NCBI RefSeq assembly: GCF_001447785.1 | Contig: NW_015169789.1 | Span: forward strand, 886,393-950,392 | Origin: Gekko japonicus | Taxonomy: Eukaryota | Length of the DNA: 64,000 bases | Direction of reading: 5' to 3' | Part shown: one piece after another, positions 23,934-35,625 of the stretch | How positions within the stretch are numbered: position 1 is the stretch's first letter | Layout of the letters: every line of letters begins with the position of its first letter | Made by a program: the position numbers and the translations under genes | The notes under the pieces: model-generated | Seen by the model: only the letters and a program-made list of their open reading frames with translations | What the model was told of the DNA's origin: nothing | Database searches by the model: none

Positions 23934-25844
23934 TAAAATGAGGCTGAAACTGGATCTAGAGCTTTAGAAACAAAACAAAACAAACACAGAGATGAGCACT
24001 GTAGTTACTAGATACTTTCTGTAACTAGTATACCATCAGATATCAATAAAGACAGCAAAATTAATGAATTTTAGTTTTGTTTTTACTGTAATTGCATTTT
24101 GGTATTTTTGTGTGATGCTTTGGGTCTCTACACCCCTCTAAGACCACTGAAGTCAGTGGGTTTAAAAGTGTAAATTGTTTAGGGTTACACTATAAACCTC
24201 TTAAATAAAAATACATAAAAATTGACACATTTTCACAGAACGTTAAGTAAGAATAAAAGAATAAAATTCCGGATGATATCACTAAAGTGATCATGATGTG
24301 TTTAATTCTCCACATATATAAACCTTCATGTATATAGTGAACTATTGTAACAGGGAGGAGAGAGAAGGGTTCCACTAACCTTCTCTCTACCACTAATATG
24401 CTAGGTTACTACACTTCTTTTAAAAGTAGGAAACATTCAAAATGTTGAACTACCTGGTAGCCTGAATTAATACAGTCCATAGTCCTAACACCAAATTATG
24501 TATAAAATATAGAATTTAACTTCAGTGGGGGTTAGAAGCAACAAAGACAGAGAGTTCAGGGTTCCAAATGATCAGAAGTCCAACAAAAATAAAAGAGAAT
24601 TGTGCCTAATTCTGAAAGAGAAGAAAGACAATCATCTGTACACTGTGTACAAGCCACCTGGCACATTGACTCAAGAATGGACTGTGCTGCATTCCAGACA
24701 TGAAATCCATACCTTAACCACAGAATCTGAGCTCCCCTGTGCTGAGAGACACAGACATCCACTTGACACACAAATCAGTGATCTGTTCTTCCCATTGACT
24801 TTGGTAATGATTGCATATTTTATCATGCCAATTCAGTTTCTTAGAATAAATTTGGCCTGAATTACTTTCAGGTCTTACACTGCTTGGATCTTCTTTCCTG
24901 CCTCAATTTCTGGTTTGCCCTTCTAAGGTCCCCTGTAGCCAGTGTTCACAGTATGCCTTTCCCCCAAAGCTCTGGAAAAGGTTCTTGTGCCATCCTAAAC
25001 TGAAGGAAAGGCTGTCAGATGAACATGTCATACAAAGACACAGGAGGTACAGCTGAGTGGGCTATATAATGTTCTGAAACTAGTGGCAGACAACATATTC
25101 TATGTTGTGGTGATATCCTGGAATTAGAGGGGATTTTTCAAAACTGGAGATGTCTCTTAAAGTAACAGACATCTGCCAGTCATAACCAATGGCTTCTGGT
25201 GACAGAGTTTCTCTCTCTGTGGCCTGTTATCATGGAAGGAGCTCACCCCCCCCCCCAGCACAAACTGATCAAAGAAGCCAAAGCTCCCAAATGTATAGGG
25301 GGTAGGGTGGGGGTAGTGTAGCAGGAATAAAGAAACCAGGAACAACATCTACTGTACTGTGCTTTCTTCCCTGCCTCTGTGCTTTATCCTCCAGCAATCA
25401 CTCTCTATGCCACTATACCTGTGGAGTATGTGGGAGTGTTTCTATCTATACAACAGATGGGGCAGCAGGGGGTGGGAGAGTGGGTGGCTGGCGGGAAGGA
25501 TGCCAGAGGGGACAGGAAATTATGTAGTGCACACAACAGTGCCACCCTTGCCATCTCCTAATGTTTCAAGCCTCAGTTTCTCCGATAAACGCAACCACCT
25601 AGCTAATCTCCATTATTAATTTGGCCTGTCTTGGAGGTCATCATCCTGAAGATGATTCCTTTCAGGGCCCATTAGACTCACCTGATCTCCACAGTGTCTT
25701 TGTGTGACACATAGGCTCAGATCTATCGCTATCTGTGACAAACCTCCTGACAGAGAGATGATCATGATGTGCGCACGCACATGCAGGTTTGTCTGGAACA
25801 GGGAATGTGTGGGGTGCTAAGACTGAGTTGAACAATTTCCATCA

Positions 25845-25846
<2 letters not shown>

Positions 25847-25923
<77 letters not shown>
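25847..25923. repeat. Compound (TC)n(AC)n microsatellite
   Basis: Directly visible. Confidence 0.95.
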
Positions 25924-25927
<4 letters not shown>

Positions 25928-28900
25928 CCAATTAGTAATGAGATCTTCTTGAGGTTTGCTCAAGCAGGAAATCTTATCCATATATCACATTCCCATCATG
26001 CCACTCTCCCCAAATACACATAATGTTCCCCATCCTGTGTTGTCCACAAACTGCTCCTTCACTCACCTGCTGCAGGTCAGTCACCCTCCTTTAAACATCA
26101 TTTTTGTCCCCACCTGTGGTTTATACTTTAGTGAGAATGAGTGTTCGTGGATGGGGGGGGGGGACGCACATCAACTTTTACCCTGTGGTACTCCTGTGTG
26201 GCCTGTATGATGAGCCAGGAGTATTTCTCAGGAGGTGTCATGTCTTACTCACTGGTGTTAATGGAGACACCTCATTAGAGGTAAATTAGATCAGTACTAA
26301 GCGCCTTCAAGTGTGTTGTGCTCCCAGAGCTGCCTATCCAGGCTCCAGAGCAAGGGGCACAGAAAGAGAAACTGGTATTTACTCCAGAGCAATGTGGAAG
26401 CTAGAAACAGCTGTTGTACAACTGATGTGCCAATTTATGGCACACAGGGATTTTTTTCCATCAGTGAACATTTTTTTAAATACAGCCCTTCCTCTGAAGT
26501 GGTTCTACTATCTTATACTGAACATGATCTAAACATACAGACATTTTTAAATAATAAGGTAATAGACTGAGGCGGCAGAATTTTTGCTTGTATATATCTT
26601 TGAATGCTCTCCTTCCCTCAGTAAATAAAAAAAGTCCAGCAGATCAAAACCTAGAACATCAAAGAAAAAGATTCTAGCCCGGCCCTCTCTTAGCAGCACA
26701 GCAATATTTTAAAAAGATATCCCACCTCCAGTACAGACCATCCCACTACTTCATGCTGCTTGTATGGACCAGTATTTAAAGACTGGCTTGTACTGTCTCT
26801 TGAGCCTTGTCCTTCAATAGACTATACCTGGAACATCCAAGCCAAATGCAGGTGCTGTCTCCATCTCCTTAAACAAAGCCGGACACTAAGAGCCTAACAG
26901 CAGTCACTGGCATGGAAATATGATTGTAAGGAAGCCAAACAGCTGAGAAGATGTCTGTCTCTACATAGTTAGAGGCCACACTGGATGCTTGGGAGTTAAG
27001 GAACCTGGCTCATGTGCTCTTCTCCCCTGCCCCTTGCAAACACTCTTCCATAGGTGAACTGGGGCAAATGGAAATCCAAGATGAAGAAAAAACTGAAATA
27101 TGCACAAAATGTCAATGTGCATTTATCCATTTGTATCCTGCTTCAAATCTCTGTTGCTAGAAGAGATTTCTCTCAGTGGGACCTCTCTTTTCTGCCACTC
27201 CCTCTTGCCGCAGCTGCAAATCCCCCCCCCCGAAATGCTACAGCTGGGGGATGGGAGGTGCAGCATATGGGATGGAACGAATGAAAATCAACCCCCTTCC
27301 CTTCATCAGCAGAAATGATAGATGGGATTGAATCCATCACCTTCAAAAGTCCATCTCTTGTCCACCTGGATGAAGAAATAGCCAAAATAAAAATGGAGGA
27401 AACATCCAGTCCTCACTCTGTTGCTCAGAGGCAGCATCTCAAGCCCTTGACTTTCCCCTCCCAGGATCTTCCTCCAGCTCAGCCTGCCCACACTGTCTGC
27501 TGTGGGTGTCTCGTCTGCCTAGAGCTCCCTCCTCTCTGATGGACGCCTCTGCAGCGCCTGGCCCAGGCCGCCTCGCCTGCCTCATTGGCAAGACTTGGAG
27601 TTGGATCTAATCTTGCACTGATTAAATGTCCCTCATTAACGAGTTTCTTTAATTAATGGAGTTTTTGGGCTTGCTTGGCTTGCTCTCTCCCCACAGCTCT
27701 CTGCCGCCTCAGCACAAACACAGGGCCATTCCCTTTCGAGTCGTTTAGTGAGTGGGGCTGCTTCCTGCCGACACCGCACTTTGCTGATGGCGCCTGTCGC
27801 CTCACACCTGATGACTCCATTTTTAACATTTCCCCTTTTTATTTGGGGGAGGAGGAGGAGGAAGCAACAATCATACATTTATGTGAAGCTGAACCTACAC
27901 AGAAAAGGGCTTGCTATTAAGGTATCTGTCAGATCCACAAGGAGGAAGGCAAAAGAGGCAACTGAACCCAGGCTTAGGATGTGGGTTTTCAGTCTGTAAC
28001 ACCCCCTTTCCTACACCCCAGCAATCCATCTGCTGAGGTTTCAGAGTTCAAAGAACACCTTTTACTACAATGCCCCCCTATCTTTCTCCCTTGCCCCACG
28101 AAATCAATGAGACATTACTTCCTGTTTGGGAGCTCTTTCTTTGCCTTTTCCCGGCACACAGGAAACTGGAAACTGTACTACCAGGACTGAGACTTGGTGC
28201 CAAGATTCAAACTGCCATTCAGTTATAAAGCAGAGCAGGCAGCCTACAGCAAGCTGCAATCTCTGTCTAACTTTACAAGAGTTATTTTATTGTCAGGATA
28301 AATGAGAAAAAAGATCTAAAGCATGTTATCAACTGAAAGATGACATGGAATACTACTCTGGATCTGAAACACACTGCACTGTTTACCCAGTGGTGTTTCC
28401 AATGTAGACCCCTGCCTAGGATAAAGGACTCACAACAATCTTTAAGACAAGTTACAGCCACTTATTTCAAGATATATACATGGCCCAAGGAAGGCAGCAT
28501 AAGGGCCAGATCACAGATACCGCACACCGAGCCAAGCTTAGGAGGACTCATGCCCATCCTGAAAACAAGCCTTCTTACTCTGAATACAAAACAAAGCTTG
28601 ATTGAATGTTCAGTGTGACACTTGCGGAAAAGAAGAACTTACTTGTGTGGATCGCAAATACCTGCTACCTCCTTTATACTGGGACTTCAGATACTATACA
28701 TATAATGAAACAGCTTATATTAAGGACAACCAAATCAACATAAACAGTGTGCAAGACCCGAGTTCTTCAGAACTCATCATCACGTGGAATGTTAAAGGTA
28801 GTGCAGGGTGTGGGGAGACGTTTCAGACCATGGTTTCTCTTTCAGGCTTATTTTCGGCTTCCTACACATGCAGTGGTAGCATGCCAGTCAGGTAGCATAT

Positions 28901-29204
28901 GGAGGAGAAGCAATCTGGTTTAAGCAACAGACTGGGTATATGTAGTGCTGCATGGGTTAATTCTCCTTGCTTGCCTGGCATTATGTTCAAACTAGGCCTC
29001 CCTTTGAATCAAGAAGTTCTTTAACAGAGGAAATCACTGAAACCTTTTTATTTTCCATAAATCAAACCAATATATTTTTCTCTCCTCTCACCAGCCCATC
29101 TCTCCATGGATATCACTAATTCAAAACACAAAACAAAACAACCCCCCATAGCTAATCATATAGGGTGACAGAACCTCCAAGCGCTTACTCAACAATCATT
29201 CACA

Positions 29205-29340
29205 GTATATTTATTTATTTAGTTACTGGATTTATAGCCTGCCCTCCCCTTCACTCAGAGCGGCTTACAAACTCCTTTCCCCTCCCCTCCCCTCCCCTCC
29301 CCACAACAGACACCCTGTGAGGTAGGTGGGGCTGAGAGAT
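29205..29340 (-). mobile_element. 3' part of a tRNA-SINE with L2-type tail (Squam2-like)
   Basis: ccccacaacagacaccctgtgaggtaggtggggctgagaga is shared with the copy at 44862-45137. Confidence 0.7.
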
Positions 29341-31390
29341 GGAGACCGTTGCTGCCTCAGCCGTGAGCCTGGTGGAACAGCTCTGTTTTGCAGGCCCTGT
29401 TAAGAATGTTAATCATTTACACAGTCGCATACGTGCATCAAGAGCCAAAAGTATACATATATTCTAGATGTATCTAACAAGCTGGAGAAGGACAACTGCA
29501 GAAAAGGAAGTTGCTCCATGCACAGCACAGACTCTTTTCTAGCCATGGATTGCGGGGGGATCTGAAAGCTTGGCCTGTCTGAACCACTGCAGTGTCAAGG
29601 GTTCCATGCACTCACTGTAGTCTGTGTCTGAGTTTCCTGGGTCACTGCCAGAACAAAGCCGGCTGCCAGATAAAGCTATGCTCAGAGTGTTATGTTCCCA
29701 GCACAAAAGCTATTAAGCAGTGCAGCTAAGTCCAAGAGGACCATTCCCTCTCTCCTCCCTCCCCTCTCTCAGTCCCCATAGCCACCCCCTTGTGCTCCGC
29801 TCAGTACAATAAAGGCAATGGAAAGCTTATGGCAAACAGCCACCTGCCTCCACAGGTCTCTGGGAGCTTGAGTGGGGTGAAATATCTGACTAGAAATGCT
29901 ACGAAGTACAAGGAATTCTGGAGGCTGCAACCACAAAAGCACACAGAGCAATTCACACACGTTTAACCAGTTTGCAAAAGCTTATCTCTGTGGCCTATTT
30001 TTAAACCTTAATTCTATGTTATTTGTATTATATATCACTCTCTTACTAAAGCTACTCCTTCTTCCAAAAAGTTTTAAAAGTATAGCTCTTGCTAATTTGC
30101 AAATGAATTCCTTCTTTCACTTTCCGTGCCTGACACGGGGGACTGTGTCATGAAAACGGGGCTTAGGCTCGGGGTGACTTGCACGCTGCCTTCTCTTCAT
30201 GTTTGGCCTCCTTTCCACACTAATGCCTGTTGCCAGGAAGCGGAGGTCGTGCTGTGGAAGCAACTGCCTCCCTGAGAAGGAACTGACGGCTCCTGCCATC
30301 ATTCAGCAAAGCACTGACCTGTGAATATTTCATTACCCTAAACACTACACCATCCATACCAAGCAGAGAGCCTGGCCTGTGGGAACAAGCACTAGTCACA
30401 CTGCCAGGGAATGGGGGATCAGTGGGGTTGGGGATGGGCAAAGCGGGTTGCTGAAATGGACTTTCCAGACATTGTCAAGAAGGAATAGTAGTTCTGTCTC
30501 TGGAAAATGTGGTGAGAACTACAGCGCAGTTCAACTGCCCCTTGTTTGCAATGTCACAGGTAAAAAGCATTACGTTGTGGCAGATGACAGCTATGGCCTC
30601 ACTGGTCAGGGTAAAACATGCAAGACCATGAACAGCAATGGCGCTCATCACCCATTCCCTAGCCTGAGGAGGATGCCTCCTCTGCCCAGACTGTTCATTT
30701 AGCAAGGAATAGAGTCTCACTCCTGGTGTCCAAGGCCATGAATCTGTTATCCCAAGCACTAGGGGAATACTCACCTCATAATGGATTTGCATTTCAGTAC
30801 TTTAAACTGATTGGCTAGGGAAGTTACCCAGGTGTTACCAAGATGTGGAGAGCAGTTGCCAACAGAGGGATGGGCAGGTAAGTGCAAATCAGGTAAGTAG
30901 TGCCCAATTCCCAATTTTGGTTTTGATTCTCTGCGTCCATTACCACAACCAGCAGTCAGCTGCAACACAGCATCACAGAAATGCATTCAGTGAATCTCAG
31001 TCCTCCTTCCCCAATTCATTTGGCAGAGACTGCAGAATGTCCTGACATCATAGTGTGGATGTAGTTACAGGGCAGGGGGACAGATCCATAGTCTGGCTCA
31101 GCAAGAGAGACAAACTGACAAACTGAGCTGATGGATCCTGGAGCTGGAATCCAGGAAGAGCATCTGATAGGAGAGTAATCTGACTGAAAGGGGAACTTTA
31201 TAATCCAAGAAGCCTCTTCTGTCTCCCTTCCATTAAAGAAAACTCACCAGAGCCCTGACATTCCACTCCCCCACACAGAATTCTGCTCACCTATCCACAC
31301 CTCACAAAACCTACCAACTTCTCTATTGTATACTCTTCATTTTCAACCCCTCTGATTGAGGGCAAGGATTCATTCTGGTTTGCTTGTTTC

Positions 31391-31553
31391 CAGGGCTGCT
31401 TCTTCTTTTTTTGGAACAAGAGGTGCCGGAACTCTCAAGAGGGAAATGAAGTTTTCAGTTTGCATACTGAAAACTCATGAACTTTTAAAAATAATTCTAT
31501 CAAAGAGGTTCTGGAACTCTGTTCCGGTGTGTTGCCCCAGAAAAAAAGCCCTG
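31391..31553. mobile_element. Short hAT-type MITE
   Basis: Ends cagggct / agccctg; 8-bp TSD cttgtttc/cttgcttc. Subterminal aagaggtgccgga resembles the element at 2267. Confidence 0.75.
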
Positions 31554-34452
31554 CTTGCTTCTCACCTCGCTGTCTGACAATCTGGGATTCAATGAATTCA
31601 GTCACACAACGATAATGAAAAGGGCAAAAGAACGACTTGCTCACAACTCCTTGATGGTGAGAGTGTGGGTTCTCAGAAAGCTCAGCCTACGCTGGTCCAT
31701 TCTTCACCTATGCCAGATTGGGCCTCATATCAGGAAAGGTGCACTGCTAGCTAGCCAGAATGGCAGAAAGGAACCTGCATATGAATTGCCCCTTAATACT
31801 TCAGAAAAGGGCTTTGCATGTTTGGGCATTATTTATTTATTATTTATTATTTCAACTTGATATACCGCCCTAACCCGGGTAGGGGTCTCTGGGCGGTTTA
31901 CATTTTTGGGTGCTAGTCACACAGATGATCTCCACCTGCACAGAGATGCACAAGAGGACTGTACTACAGGGCCAGCAAGTGCTAGGGAACTAGCCACTGT
32001 ACACGTGGGGGGGTCTGGTTCTTGGCTTCCTTAGCTGGAAAGCAAGGAGCTGAGACTGCATGAAATATTAATGCTGTAAATGGTGCAATTTCATCTGCAT
32101 TCAGCCAACTTCATGTATATTTCAGAGTGTGATGGGATGATAATGTTGTGCCACTGAGGCAAAATGTGAGGGGTGCAAGGTGCTGGGATAAGGGGGCATT
32201 ACTTGAGTCTTGTGTACTGGCATACTCGATAGTCTGGCCAACCATGGGTCTCAGGTTCACTGGAAGAAACATTAGAATGTTCAGGATGGCAATTTGTAGA
32301 TAGGTGTTCTCTAAACTGGAAAGGCATGGCGTTGCCTCCCAAAGTATTAACTACATCCCGCGAAAAGGATGATCTCCTAGTGCCAATTCAAGACAGCCCC
32401 CAAAGCCCCCAAGAAACAGCCATCTTATTGCTAATGCTGGACACACCTGTGGTTTAAATCCCTGGGTTATGGGGCAAGAACAGGCCAGTTTGTGTATCCC
32501 TTGCTTCTCATATTCCTTCTAGATGATTGACTACGACAAGCAGCAGGTTCATGAGGAACCATGAGGGTAAGAAGATAATAATTTGAAAATGTCTCCCCTG
32601 CACACCAAAATTTCTCTATTGAGGCTTCTATGAAATCTCAGGGACTTGATCAGGCCAATTTCCCCATCTCCCTCTTTTTTGCCCTTTAATTCACACACCC
32701 CTTGTCGTTTCCTGTGAGGAAAAGACATACCCATGGGAAAACAACTGAGATCAGGAAAGCAGCACGGGAAAAGGTTTTAAAATATGCCTCCCCCTGTGCT
32801 GAAACCCTGTTCTGAAGCCCCTACTCCACCTGGCTGCAACAATTTTCGTCTTTTTAAATTTGGAGTAGATCTTAGAGACAAAGCTCCCTGGTCCTGTGGA
32901 CCTGAGCAACTTTTTTCCTGGCAAGAGGATCTTGTGACACAAGCTGAAATTCACCAGTGAAGATTTTCTTTGTATGGAGATTGAGGGATAGAAAAGCTTC
33001 TGTTGCTCAGTACCTGCTCATTGTACAGCTGTTACCAACCAGCAGCTCCAAATTCACTGAGCACATATGTACCTATAGTATGCTTACATGCTTCCTTGTG
33101 ACCACATATACAAGATCATTTCTATTTGTGAGCATTGTATGTTTTCCCCTAGAGATTGTCAGTTGGAGGCTCAGTATTTCCTCAAAATACAAAACTGGAT
33201 TTTACTTAGTTGAATTTTTAGTCTGACTAATGCCAAAAGCTTAATAGACAGAAAATTTCTAAAATCTCCCAGCATATTCCCATCTATTTTCCATCTACTG
33301 CTACTCACACCCTCTCCTATGCCTCCTCACAACCTAGATGTTTTCTCCAAGCTATCACTACCTTCCTCGAGGGGAATAATCCCCTCACTCTCCCATTTCA
33401 CCCATATTCTAAACCAGAAGGAATCTAGTCTTGACTTTCATTCCTTTCTTGTCCTTGCATCAGGGACCAATAGCAACCCCTCAACTCCTTTCTCAGTTCG
33501 AAACATTCCAGTTTAACAGCTCAGATGTGAGACAGAATAGGATAATTTTCAGTGTACAGTATTTTATATTGTAATAGGAAATTTATCTTGGGTTTTTATT
33601 GGATTGCTAATATTACCTGCCTTAAACTCAGAGCAAGTTACATAAATAAACGTGTGTTCGGCAAAATTGTCCCTCATATTTTCCTCTGCTTCCTGCATAG
33701 TGTTTCTGCCTGATTCAGAAGGGATTCCGTTCCGTCTGTGACAGATAACCAGACAGTGTCTGCTCACATAAGTGGCCAATCCAAGAATAAGCAGGTCCCC
33801 TCTTTTGTCTATTTCCAGAGACTGGGAAAAGAGGGACTTTACAGAAGTGGATTTATCCAAAAGGGACTCTGGAGGAATCCCAGTTGTATACCTCAATAGT
33901 TGTCTGATGTGCTATGAGCAGCCCATCAACGATGTTCTGGTCCACCCAAGTAAAGTATTTTATGGGGAAAAAGCTGTTTGCTGTAGGAAGAATATAAATT
34001 CAGCATTCAATTAAGATGCTTCCTGATTGCTCTTCCTTTGTGAGTTTCCCCTTCTTAATCTGTGTCTACTAAACATTAAATGGTTTCCTTCCTATTGCAA
34101 AAATCAATTCCTTTGCCCACTTCACTGGCACATCATATTCAGAAGCCAGCTTTGACTTTTAGAGCTATTAGCCCAATCACTTTGCAAGGAGACCTGCCAC
34201 CTATAGTTTCCCATTTGTCTCTTTGTTAGATATGTAATCCTGTTACCTACTGGCAAGTTCCAGAAGGAAATTAGGTTAGGTCTTATGCTTTTGAAATATG
34301 AATACTTAATTTATATTGAAAACCTGAGAAAGGATGTCTGGAAATACTTAGAAGGCATGCTTCAAAGGCCACACCAAAACATGGTTGGCGTTAAACCCTG
34401 AAAGTAGCAGCAGAACTGCATGCTCCTTTCTCCCCTCACACTATAAGCTAAT

Positions 34453-34641
34453 AAAGTTTGAGTCCAGTGGCACCTTTAAGACCAACAAAGTTTCATTCAT
34501 AGTGTAAGCTTTCATGGGCAAAGAAGTGTGCTTTGCACACAAAAGCTTACACTTTGAATAAAACTTTGTTGGTCTTAAAGGTGCCACTGGACTCAAACTT
34601 TGTTCTGCTGCTTCAGACCAACACGGTTACCCCACCTGAAT
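34453..34641 (+). mobile_element. Penelope-like element remnant with inverted terminal duplication
   Basis: 60-bp inverted repeat 34453-34512 / 34542-34601 (2 mismatches). The loop holds the hammerhead remnant aagaagtgtgctttgcacacaaaagc. TSD-like ataagctaataa at 34443-34454 and 34640-34651. Confidence 0.8.
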
Positions 34642-34989
34642 AAGCTAATAAGTTAATTCCTGGTTTTTGAAAAACTATCCTTGATCATTACATCCAAACT
34701 GGCAAGTTGTGTTCTGGCCCTCCAAATCAGAGTTACAAACTATGAACATACTTCCCCAAAACCAGTAACTGGTCTAATAATATGGACCCACAGAGGTCAT
34801 CACTACATTTTTATACCACCCTTCCTCCAAGGAGCTCACACATTTCTTTTGATCTTCTTAACAGCCCTGTGAGGCTCAGTTCAGACATCATGAACAAAAT
34901 GGTGAATTCATAGCAAGGCTTCATTCAGAGTGCCAAGATACAACATGGAAGTTTTCAATTCCAATTAATTATGATGTCTGAATTTTAAC

Positions 34990-35625
34990 ATTATTTATTC
35001 CCCACTTTCTCTCAAATGGAGACCCAAAAGAACTTACACTATTTCTCCTCTCCTTCATTTTAACCTCACAATATCCCTGTCAGGTAGGTTAGGCTGAGAA
35101 GTGTGTGACTGGCTCAGGGTCACTCAGGACCCTCAATGAAGAGTGGGGATTTGAAGGCCCCGTCCATACGAGCCCATTTGGGCCGGGAGCGGGACGGAAC
35201 CGGGGCGGAGCAAACAGGCGCGATCTCACCTCAACATCTGGCGAGCGTGCCGGCTCCGTCCCCGATCCGTTCCAACGGCCCATACCGCGCCGCAAAAAAC
35301 AACCACCTCTCTAGGTGGTTGCAACCACTGGTGCGGCGCAGGCAGGGCTGTGGGATCGGCGGCGCGTCCTTGCGCCGCCGCATCCCGGCCCCCAGCCGTA
35401 CTGCGCATGCCCGAGCATGCGCAGTTCGGCAGCCTCCCCCCTCCCCTCGGACTTTTCCTCCCCGGCATCTGAGCGTGCCGGGGAGTGCTGCGCCGCGGCT
35501 AGGGGATCCGTGGGATCCCGCCGCGGCGTAGCAAGTTTGGAGCGGCTCGGAGTAGCCGCGTTTCAGCCGGCCCTTATGCCCGGGGCCACAGTCTCTCAGA
35601 TCCCAGTGCAACAGTCTAATCACTG
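34990..35625 (-). mobile_element. Old tRNA/L2-tail SINE interrupted by a MITE
   Basis: The SINE sequence ...gagtggggatttgaa resumes as cagtctctcagatcccag...aatcactg after the insertion. Confidence 0.65.
35156..35587. mobile_element. CpG-rich Harbinger-like MITE with central palindrome (copy 2)
   Basis: TIR ggccccgtccata / tatgcccggggcc; central actgcgcatgcccgagcatgcgcagt at 35400-35425. Confidence 0.7.
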
